DNA of 63,188 bases, filler included, from Ministeria vibrans ATCC 50519 (lineage: Eukaryota > Protista > Filasterea), in the NCBI GenBank assembly GCA_943704425.1. It is 8 parts of 8 records of this genome, joined end to end, with 100 filler letters (N's around TTAATTAATTAA, not from the genome) between each part and the next. Parts side by side here need not be neighbours in the genome. Positions count along the whole stretch, not along the records: positions 53,586 to 57,347 come from CALSCP010002365.1; positions 57,448 to 60,408 come from CALSCP010002014.1; positions 60,509 to 63,188 come from CALSCP010000796.1; 5 more parts are not named here. One strand, written 5' to 3'. The notes below the pieces were generated by a model. It was not told where the DNA came from. It saw only the letters and a program-made list of their open reading frames with translations, and did no database searches. Made by a program: the position numbers and the translations under genes. This document shows positions 54,005 to 63,188 of the stretch, piece after piece. Every line of letters starts with the position of its first letter. Positions within the stretch are counted from its first letter, which is position 1.

Positions 54005-54753
54005 ACTCGTTGAAGCTAAACACGTCCATCGTGTACGACTGCGATCCCTTGATAGCCGTAGCCGACTGAGCTCCACTACGGTATCCCTGGAGAAAAATGA
54101 TTCGTCACGTTTCTTTCTTTTTTTATACTTTCCAAGGTTTCGTTAATTCCCATCAAATCCTCACCTTGGAACGACTCTGAGTGCGCGCACGACCTGTTTC
54201 GTTTCGACGGAGTGGCGTAGTTGTCGAAAACGACTGAGGCATTGACGGAGCGGGTGACTTTTTCTTTGTCTGGTACTCCGTCTGAGGGAGAGAAGAAGAG
54301 AGTAAACAAAAAAATGTATCATCATTAGGTCTACAGTGCGGAGAAATGATATTTTCTGCACTGTCATACCTGAGCAGGACGACTCGCAGGTGTCTTTAGC
54401 TGTGAATAAATTCAAAACAAGAATGAATTTGAGAGTTGTAACAATAATTGTATCGACCTTCTTGACAGGGCGCGAAACAAGCGACGCTGGCTTGAATTGC
54501 ACTTCAATGTCAGGTTCGCTGAAAGAAAATAAACTGCGGTCAAAACGGCTGTTATTTTGACTCTTTTTGAACTATACCTGCTCATCTCAGCGTCACTCTG
54601 CCGCTCAGAAAAGTACTCATCGTGCTCATCCTCCACCATAAACGTCATCTGTATTGAAAAGTTTAATACACGGATCAAAGTTTAATGATCATAATAATAA
54701 TTTGAATAATAGAGAGTTGAGAGTCGTACTCATGAATGATTATTATTATTATA

Positions 54754-54831
<78 letters not shown>

Positions 54832-55023
54832 ATAATATTATTATTATTATTTCATCTCATTGTCATTCAATGCGTCCCTTTTTGTATAGCTTTCTGATTG
54901 GTATTTTGCGAACGATGCGACTGTTCGTGGCTTCCGCGCTCGTCCCGTTGTTGGCGGTTTCTACGCACGAATGCTATTTGACACTGATTGAACTCAATAT
55001 ATTTTAAGCACAGTATTGAATAA

Positions 55024-55059
<36 letters not shown>

Positions 55060-55199
55060 TACTCGTGATATCCAAAAAAATATTAGCTGATAGTATTTTT
55101 CATAAGCAAAAAAGAAACAGACAATACTTTCAAAAGCTCTGTTGAATCTACACCTGCAAAGTTGAGCTTGTAGACGTCGCGTCCCAACACATCCGACAT
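54005..55199 (-). CDS. Possible uncharacterised multi-exon gene
   Basis: GC-richer blocks with GT/AG flanks (MSDVLGRDVYKLNFAGVDSTELLK; MTFMVEDEHDEYFSERQSDAEMS; DGVPDKEKVTRSVNASVVFDNYATPSKR). A consistent full model was not established. Confidence 0.3.
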
Positions 55200-55213
55200 A
55201 ATAATAACAATGT

Positions 55214-57304
55214 TTAATCGTGCATTTTGGCAATAATACAAGTCAAATAGTTTCCAATCTCAGGCGCCCATGGGTTCAACGGATGATCAGGAGCCGCATC
55301 TGAAAACGAAACCCATTTAGCGTATTGATTTTTTTTTTCCTTTCACTTATTCCTTTTCTTTCTACGTTGAATATGGACAAAAGAGGCAAATCGATTTGCC
55401 TGTGAAATCGCATTTCGGACCATTCCCGGAAATCGGTTTGACATGGTAATTTCTCCTGAACATGTATTGGTGACCAAATACCCGTTTGGTGCAACAATTG
55501 AAGCGGCGAGTCTAATTCAGTAAAAGAGTAAATTTAATTATTATTATACACACAATTTAACAAAATTCAAGGGAACGAAACAAAAATAATAATAATTGTC
55601 ACCGAATTTTAAAACACAAGTACACTAAAACTTAAGTAAAGAACAAAATATAATAATAATTATTATATTTTTGTTATTCTTATTTATATATTATCAAATG
55701 CCTATCATTCAGATTAATACAATACTGATTTAAAAAAATAATTATATAGAAAAACAGTAAAACAAAAGACAAACACCAATATCAATAAGTGTTATTATAT
55801 TCATTTCTTACTTGTTGATTGCGTGATACATTTTCATTCCACTTTCAACGTGTTTGACAGACGGAACAAACTTTGGCGGATCCAGAATGACCACATCAAA
55901 TCGCTTTCCTTCACTCACAGCCGCTTCAAGAAACTGGCCAACATCCGACTGAACAAATTCAATGCGACCCTTTAAACCGTTTAGCTCTGCATTGTGCTGC
56001 GCATCGGCAATGGCCGCCTCACTGCGCTCCACCGAGACCACTTCAGTGGCCCCAGCACGCGCCGCGGCCAGCGAGAAAGCACCCGTAAACGAGAACAGAT
56101 CAAGCACGCGCACTGTACAATCACCATTGGAAGATGCTCCCTCTGCACTGTTCATACTGCGAGTCAGTGACTTCACGAGCGTCTCAACGCGCGCACGGTT
56201 GTCACGCTGATCACAGAAATGCCCAGTCTTCTGCAAAAACCGTACTTGGTACTTCAGTCCGTTCTCGCGCACCTCAATGCTCTCTTCCCGTGGCAACACC
56301 AGCACTCCCTCCCCTCCTCCTCCTCCTCCTTCCTCCTCCTTCAGTTCCTGCTCAATCACTGTCACGGGCCCAATACTCTCACAATACCCTTCACGCGCTT
56401 CCCGCAACACCTTTACATGCGACGCGCTTCCATCCATCAGCAGCATTTTTTCGTTGCGACGCCACAGCACACGTCGCAGCTCAGGCAACAGACTCGACAG
56501 AATCTCCACAATCCCATTGCGTAGTAGCTCCACGAAGACGGCACTCGACACAACCACAGCCGTGTCACGCCCGTACACATCCACTGCAATCCCATCCACC
56601 GCATCGCCAATGCCGTGGAACAGTCGATAGGTGTCTGTCTCGCTGTTGGGCAGATCCAGAGAACGTCGTAGTGCGAGTGCGTTCCTAAATCGGTCCTGAA
56701 GCCACTACAATAAAATAAATATTATGATTAATAACAATGGGATAATTCGGCATTGTTACGTATAGTGCTGGTGCTGAGTTGTTATACTGACTGGCCTGGA
56801 TGACAGAGAGCTTTGGTTCTTCACTATCATCGCTCCCTTCCTCCGTTTCCGCTGCCTCGTCGTCGCCCTCCTCCTCTTCCAACTCGGTGAAGGAACGCCC
56901 AAAGAAGGGTTCTATCAGTCGCAAGGCGTAGTTGGAGTGTCTATTCACCAGTGCCGTGCCCACGTAGGTCTCTTTGTTGCTCATGACGTACACCAGGTCG
57001 GAGGGACGTGCTCGAAAGGGTACCACCTCAACCTACAGTGACAACAACAATACACACACAAACACACATTGTAATGACACACAAGACGACACGCAATACA
57101 CAGACACACATTGTAATGACAACAAGACGATACACAATACACAGACACATTGTAATGACACACAAGACGATACACAATACACAGACAGACCCTTTTTGCG
57201 TACCTGTTTGCGAAATGCGTACGGAGCACCATTGGCAAGCTTCGTAGCAAACGGCATCTGCACAACAGCAAACGGACCATCCTCAAGCTTGTGGCTCGAT
57301 GTCT
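55214..57304 (-). CDS. RlmI/YccW-like rRNA m5C SAM-dependent methyltransferase, 5' truncated
   Basis: YRLFHGIGDAVDGIAVDVYG; ENGLKY; QKTGHFCDQRDNR; VLDLFSFTGAFSLAAARAGA; FDVVILDPPKF; spliced 3' exons LAASIVAPNGYLVTNTCSG...AAPDHPLNPWAPEIGNYLTC...TAA at 55214. Confidence 0.9.
57040..57190. repeat. Intronic ~41-bp tandem repeat x3 (ACACATTGTAATGACACACAAGACGATACACAATACACAG)
   Basis: Three direct copies inside an intron of the methyltransferase gene. Confidence 0.85.
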
Positions 57305-57478
57305 GAAACACACACACACACACCAAAAAAAAAAAAAAAAAAAAAAANNNNNNNNNNNNNNNNNNNNNNNNNNNNNNNNNNNNNNNNNNNNTTAATTAAT
57401 TAANNNNNNNNNNNNNNNNNNNNNNNNNNNNNNNNNNNNNNNNNNNNCTTTTTTTTTTTTTTTTTTTCAATTTCGTAC

Positions 57479-57570
57479 TTGCGACGCAACTGAGGCGGAA
57501 CTTCTTCCTCTTCGCTGCTCTCCTCGCTGCTGCTATCGCTGACGTGTTCTGCCGAGCGTATTCTCGACAT
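57479..57570 (-). CDS. Probable first exon of an unknown gene, truncated
   Basis: MSRIRSAEHVSDSSSEESSEEEEVPPQLRR followed by a GTACG donor, preceded by an AT-rich leader. Confidence 0.4.
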
Positions 57571-57730
57571 AGAAGTGAAAGATAAAAAATGTTATTTAAT
57601 GTGAGTCTTGTGATCAAGATCAAAAAGTTAATCACTATATTGTGTCAAAGTGTTTGTAAGCGAGCTTTACATCATGTATATTCGAGTCTGCTGTTTCGTC
57701 TCGCTATGGACAAATGAGATTGAGTTTGCT

Positions 57731-58696
57731 TTACTTGAGAATGAAGGGCAGGACAGCAAGGACAAGGGTGAGCACAATGCCTCCCTTGACCAGCATGATG
57801 TGCTGGGCATCTTCTCCGATGTAATTGGCAAAGTAGCCTTCGTCGGCAGCCACAAAGAGGGCAGTGCATGCGAGGGCGAGGGTCAGGAAGCCAAAGAGAC
57901 GATGGAGCATGCGGGGGGGTCGCTATGAGAGGTCGAGGTCAAGAGAGGTCGAGGTCGTGTGAGAGAAAGTATGTGTGTGAGTGAGTGTGTGTGTGTGAGT
58001 GTGTGAGTGAGTGAGTGAGTGAGTGAGTGAGTGAGTGAGTGAGTGAATGTGTGTGTATGAAGCAAAGTGTGTGTGAGAGACAAAGTGAGTGAGAGAGAAA
58101 GCGTTGAGTCAAAGAGACAGAGACAGAGAAAGAAACAAAGTGAAAGAGACAAAGTGAAAATAATAATAATGTATGTGTGTGTGCGTGAGGGTGTCAGTGC
58201 ATGGCGGGGCGGGGCGTACGAGGAAGGAGCCCGGGCGCACGACATTGAGCAGCACTCCACTGACGAGCATTCCGTCGCACAGCGCAGCAGCCGCATAGCC
58301 AAAGGTGCCGTGCCAGCTGGTCATGTGGTCCTTCTGGTATGCCTCTTTGGTCACGTAGATGGCGTAAATCCCAACGGCGCAGAGCTACACAGAGAGTGAG
58401 AGTGAGAATGCGAAACAAGGGAATATGATTAATTATGGTGCGACTTTTTCGATTCTTACCGCAAATGCGATGAACTGAAGAAACGAGTGGCGTGACATGC
58501 GGGTGGCCCGATCCGGCTGGCGAGGGTGCATGTAGGAGATGCCGAGGGGCGTGACGACAAGGAAGCAGGCGGTGAGGAGAGTGGGATGGTACGCAAACCA
58601 AGTGTCGTAGGGCGCGAGCGGCTGCGCGATCATCGCCGTCAGGCCGCCGCCAAAGACAAGCGCCAGAGCAACCGAGAGGGTTGTCAAAAGGGACAT
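57731..58696 (-). CDS. Cytochrome b561 domain-containing protein (CYB561D1/D2-like)
   Basis: Three exons; WFAYHP.L, SRHSFLQ, K...KDHMTSWHG, MLHRLFG supply four heme-ligand His residues in TM helices. Confidence 0.88.
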
Positions 58697-58768
58697 GTTA
58701 TGAATAAAAATATAATTATTATCCTTTCTTATTTTACAGATCAAGTGATCGATTAAAGTCAAACACAC

Positions 58769-59041
58769 TCATCTGGGCTCAAGATGCCCGAGAGAGAGGC
58801 GTGAGGCACCAGTTCCGACATGTTGAAGGGCCTCAAAGTTGACTTGGCAGAGATTGCCATGACTTGCGTCGTAGAGAAAGGAGAAATAAGAACGACGAAG
58901 CGAGTGCGGCTCAAAGAAGAGCGCATGGAAGAGAAGAGCACACGACGACGCATACAGGGCAATGTCGCCGTAGTAGAAAGAACCCCACAGACCATCCTCA
59001 ATCCCTTTGTAGTACAATCCTGTCGAAGAACGAATAGTGAG

Positions 59042-59131
<90 letters not shown>

Positions 59132-60345
59132 ACAAAGTGAAGTGATTGGAAATGAAACAAAGTGATAGAGAGAGAGAATAAAAAGTAATCGTGTGTGTGT
59201 GTGCGTGTGCGTGTGTTTGAGTGAGAAAGGAGCACCTTCAACTGCCTTGCTGAGCAGATAGGCAGTGAGTTCGTGGAGCTGTCCATCGCCAGTGCCCAGC
59301 ACCAGCGCAGCGCCCAGTGCACCCGCCGCACTCCCCACAACCGTCCCAAGAGCATCATCACCCTCACAGCCACTCGTGCTACTCATGGTTCTACTACTAC
59401 TAATTCTGTCACTGCTACTTGTGGTGTCGCTTGTGCGCGGTCGATGAGTGGCGCTTGGTTGTCGGGCTATCCACTGGCGCACCGCACACGCGACGGCTTT
59501 GTTGGTGCCCGTCAGAAGCAGCAGTGCAACAGGCAATCGAGCGTTGTCTCGCGTGAAAATGGCAGAGATCAGTGTCGACACACTTTTCCGTTTTTCTAAG
59601 AAAAAAATGTGAGCAAAAGAGTAGAACAAGAGCATACAATGGATACGCTTAGTGGCGAAGGAGAAGAGAGAGATGGCAAGGCGGACAGCACAGCCAATGA
59701 GAGAAGCACGGAGAGCAAAGCGAGTGATGTGGAGGGCACACGAAGGCGAATCGTGAGGGCAGACGGACTTGTGCTCGGGTGGACTGGGCGAACTGGGCGG
59801 ACTGTGCTCGGGTGAACTGGGGTGAGGCGGAGTGCGTGTCATGAGGAGTGCCACAAGCCACTTGTCGATGACAGGAAGTCTACATAGTGGAGAAGGATGG
59901 AAAGGGGGGAGGGAATCAGTGGATGGCGACACTCTTAAGTGGGGGCGACCTACTTGGGGTCGGGTGAGGGGGTGCTGGTGGAGGGGCTGCGGTGACCACA
60001 GAGCAGGTTGAGGAGGGTGGATGCACCTTGAGGAAGTGCACTAGGGGCGTGCTGGTGCAGAAAGAGGAGCACTGTCAGCGAGAAGGTCAGCAGGAATGTG
60101 TCGCTGTGGGGTATGCGCTGGAGGAGGTTCCGACTGGAGCGAGTGTCAGTAATCGTCGTTCTGTTGTGTGTTCTTCTGTCTCGTACCTAACGCCCATGTT
60201 GTACAGGCAGTCGGCGGCGTGGTTTGCGCAGTAGACAGCCAGCTCGGGTCGTCGTCGCTTGGTTTCAAACAGCATGGACAAGACGGAGGCGAGAAGACCC
60301 GGAAGGAAGCTCACGGTTGGAAAGGAGAAGCCGCCCAGCCCTTGC
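58769..60345 (-). CDS. TMEM135: Transmembrane protein 135 (peroxisomal/mitochondrial), 5' truncated
   Basis: FETKRRRPELAVYCANHA..LYNMGV; CPH...CA; YLLSKAVE.LYYKGIEDG...GDIALYA.SCA.LFH...EPHSLRRSY..FL...GTGAS align with the TMEM135 pattern. Confidence 0.88.
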
Positions 60346-60508
60346 CTGCGATGCGCGCAGAAATAAGAGTGGGCTTAGAGAGAGAGGGGGGGGAGGGGGG
60401 GAGCGGGGNNNNNNNNNNNNNNNNNNNNNNNNNNNNNNNNNNNNNNNNNNNNTTAATTAATTAANNNNNNNNNNNNNNNNNNNNNNNNNNNNNNNNNNNN
60501 NNNNNNNN

Positions 60509-60672
60509 TCAAGCGTGACGTTGTTCACTACGAGCGACGCAACAATGTTGATCTGTTCGCCGCGCACGAGCAGATCGCGGTCGTCAGGCCCACTTGAGCC
60601 AACCGAGGCAACCTCGATCGTCTTACCACCACCCACGAGAAGTAGGAAGGTGATGGCAGTTGAAAGGAACAT
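60509..60672 (-). CDS. N-terminus of a secreted protein, truncated
   Basis: MFLSTAITFLLLVGGGKT signal-like segment followed by DRDLLVRGEQINIVASLVVNNVTL, running into the spacer. Confidence 0.45.
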
Positions 60673-60902
60673 CAATCGAAAAACTGTGTGTGAACTGTTA
60701 GATCTTTATTGTAAATGTGAAGCAGTGCAAGAATGAAAGATCAAAGACGTCCAATACGAAACCCGGAACTCCCCCCAAACCCATGTATTACTAATTTGAA
60801 ATGGTCGCGACTTGGGCAATGGTATGCACTCTGACTTACTTGAGTCTTGATACTTCAATAGTGTGTCTTACTGTTTTTTTTTTTTTCTCATCTCTTTTCA
60901 AC

Positions 60903-62906
60903 ATGTTGAGTATTGAATTGTGGGGAGCCATCCTTGAACACTGTGACATTGAGACAGCTATTACGTTGCGCGGCGTCTCGTCGATGACCCGTGCCGCGGT
61001 GATCACCGACGGTTGGCGCGTCCAACTCGACGACTTTTCTTGTCGTGTCTCCAGCAACCGTCTGCGCGCCCTTGAAACCCTGTTGCGCCCCGAGACATGC
61101 ACGTCGGGTGAAAGTTGGCGAAACATAGCGCATAAGCGGATCAGGCGGCCCATTTCGAGCGTGTGTGTCCGCGACGCGTTTCGTCAGCGTCTTCCCCACG
61201 TCGTCTTGCTCTTCCTTCACGTCCGCGGCACCCAGTCGGTACTCATTGAGCACGCCAAGGAGTTCCGAGAGCACATCACATGGCCATGTGTCGAGGGCCA
61301 CTCCGAGTTGGTGAAGGCGCTCACTCCAGTGTACTCTTTGTTGCCTGGAGATACACTGACTCGCGTGGTGAACGCCTGTGCGCGCACTGGTCGCACCCAG
61401 CTGCTCGCCCAACTGCTACATGACATCACATGGGTAAAACGACACTGTGACGAGGCGGGCATCGAGGCCGTTGAGAATGGCCACTCAGATACACTCGATT
61501 TCATTTTGTCTCACAGCAACGAACGGCCGACCGTCTCGATGCTCTTGGTCGCCAGCGAATTGGGACATACCCGTTGTGTACAAGTGTTGTTGCGTCATCG
61601 TGTTGAGGTTTACGTCAAGCAAGGGTCTTTTCGTCGTGCGCTCGACAACGCGGTGGTCCTCGGACATGCGGACACAGCACGACTGCTGATGATGACGCCA
61701 ATGTGTACACGCGATGCCAGCACACTCTCCTCGGCCCTCGTCTTCTCCAGCCAGGGCGGCCACCTTCCTTTGATGATCAGTATCCTGGAACACGCTTCGC
61801 GAGAGATTCCCGACGGCACCTTTTCGTCCACGTCCGATGCGGTGTTGCGCTCGCTCGTGGCCAGTGCCGACAACGGTCACGTTGATTGCTTTCGATATTT
61901 GTTCCGGCTTGCCGACGAAGTCCCGTCGCGGTACACCAGTGAGGCACTGTGCGGTGCGGCGAAGCATGGTCACCTTGAGATTGTACGACTGTTGTTGGAG
62001 GACGAGCGGGAAGCAAGTCGGGCAGATCCGGCCTACCACTCCAACAGCGCGCTTCTGGCCGCAGTGGAGGGACACCATACAGAGGTGGTGCGTCTGCTGT
62101 TGACCGAGCCAACTCTCACTCGCGTGGTCAGTCGGTCGTCGGTGGGTCTCTCGACGGCGTTTGTGAGCGCCTGTCGCCAGGGCTTGCTCGTCGTGGTACA
62201 GCTCATGATGGCCGTGCGACAGGTAGATTTGAGTTGGAAGGACAACCTGGCGTTGTGTGTTGCGAGCCAGGAGGGTCACTTGGAGATTGTGCGTCGATTG
62301 TTGATGCGTGTGGATGCTCAGTGTGGCGGTGGGATGGCTTTGGAGGGGGCTGCTGGGCGGGGCCACTGTGAAGTTGTACGTGAGCTGCTCACCCAGACGA
62401 CCGTGCGCGCCTCACACAATGCAAGTGCGGCGCTGCGCAAGGCCGCTGCCAATGGTCACAACGAATGTGTGTTGCTGCTGCTGGCGCAGCGCATTCCTGC
62501 TGATCCGAGTGCACGCAACAATGAGGCACTACGAAGCGCCGCGACGAACGGACACCTTTCTGTTTTGCGCACACTACTTCGACAGCGCGCAGTCGATGCG
62601 AGTGCAGTGGACAACGCACCTCTCCGCAGTGCGTGTGATCACGGCCACGCCGATGTGGTACACGCACTGCTCGCGTCCAAAGACGTCAATCCTAGCGCGC
62701 GTCAGAATGAATGTTTGCGCATGGCTGCACGCAATGGCCACATCGATGTTGTCCGACTGCTGCTTGCCACTGACCGTGTGAATGTGGCCGCACGCAACCA
62801 CGAAGCATCACGTGCTGCCTCTCGCAACCACCACACAGCCGTTGTTCGGCTGCTTTCGATCTATGGCGGGGAGGCACCCCCCATCACGAACCATGTTTGT
62901 ATGTAA
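60903..62906 (+). CDS. Intronless N-terminal F-box-like + ankyrin-repeat protein
   Basis: MLSIELWGAILEHCDIETAITLRGVSSMTR (F-box-like); >12 ankyrin repeats of the DPSARNNEALRSAATNGHLSVLRTLL type. The ORF is also open from ATG60801. Confidence 0.88.
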   Translation: MLSIELWGAILEHCDIETAITLRGVSSMTRAAVITDGWRVQLDDFSCRVSSNRLRALETLLRPETCTSGESWRNIAHKRIRRPISSVCVRDAFRQRLPHVVLLFLHVRGTQSVLIEHAKEFREHITWPCVEGHSELVKALTPVYSLLPGDTLTRVVNACARTGRTQLLAQLLHDITWVKRHCDEAGIEAVENGHSDTLDFILSHSNERPTVSMLLVASELGHTRCVQVLLRHRVEVYVKQGSFRRALDNAVVLGHADTARLLMMTPMCTRDASTLSSALVFSSQGGHLPLMISILEHASREIPDGTFSSTSDAVLRSLVASADNGHVDCFRYLFRLADEVPSRYTSEALCGAAKHGHLEIVRLLLEDEREASRADPAYHSNSALLAAVEGHHTEVVRLLLTEPTLTRVVSRSSVGLSTAFVSACRQGLLVVVQLMMAVRQVDLSWKDNLALCVASQEGHLEIVRRLLMRVDAQCGGGMALEGAAGRGHCEVVRELLTQTTVRASHNASAALRKAAANGHNECVLLLLAQRIPADPSARNNEALRSAATNGHLSVLRTLLRQRAVDASAVDNAPLRSACDHGHADVVHALLASKDVNPSARQNECLRMAARNGHIDVVRLLLATDRVNVAARNHEASRAASRNHHTAVVRLLSIYGGEAPPITNHVCM

Positions 62907-63078
62907 TTTTTGTAAACAAACACAATATTTTTTCAATGAGACAGAGGATCTACGACTAATATCAAAAATCGAAATTAAGAACAACTTCAACCAAAATGAA
63001 ACTCATAGTCGAAAGAGCAAAAAAGAACAAAAGAAGATCTACAGAGTTTTAGCCTTTTTATATTCATAATAATAATTT

Positions 63079-63160
63079 TCAGATTGGGGCTCCGTTGAAT
63101 AGTGCCGACTTGATCGCGTGGCCCATCAGTCCCTGAAGAACTGTCATTGCGGTACTCGTG
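63079..63160 (-). CDS. COPS5: Last exon of COP9 signalosome subunit 5 (CSN5/JAB1)
   Basis: After a TAG acceptor the exon reads TSTAMTVLQGLMGHAIKSALFNGAPI-TGA, resembling the CSN5 C-terminal helix IHGLMSQVIKDKLFN. Only 27 residues are available. Confidence 0.6.
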
Positions 63161-63188
63161 CTACACACACACACACACAAAAAAAAAA

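Overview
Intron-rich, gene-dense eukaryotic nuclear DNA. It is most likely a flagellated unicellular holozoan or other opisthokont protist; this is an inference from TMEM231, a homeodomain-bearing ceramide synthase, an ARHGAP18-like RhoGAP, a TACC-like protein, FN2/EGF/FG-GAP proteins and SMG1 alongside NCA2. The window is not contiguous: eight contigs are joined by seven artificial 100-nt N44-TTAATTAATTAA-N44 spacers, so neighbours across spacers are not syntenic. Splicing by hand recovers about 25 genes or gene fragments, several poorly represented in the ORF track (SMG1 FATC end, COPS5 last exon, an F-box exon, the RlmI 3' exons). The standout is a ~14 kb, ~34-exon gene (52-14037) for a ~3,500-aa secreted mosaic protein. 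It has EGF repeats split by inserted beta-sandwich/C2-like domains, a long beta-strand-rich core, amphipathic/coiled-coil helices, FN2, carbohydrate-binding-like and LamG-like modules, and many dibasic cleavage sites. Other highlights are a dispersed non-coding GAAACAAAGTGATAGAGAG motif that forms minisatellites on most contigs, a TACC3-type Aurora-A module, a secreted cubilin-N-like/EGF/FG-GAP protein without a TM anchor, a bacterial-like secreted glycoside-hydrolase-like gene with a GC-AG intron, and an intronless F-box-ankyrin gene. Family assignments come from recalled motif similarity; no database search was run.
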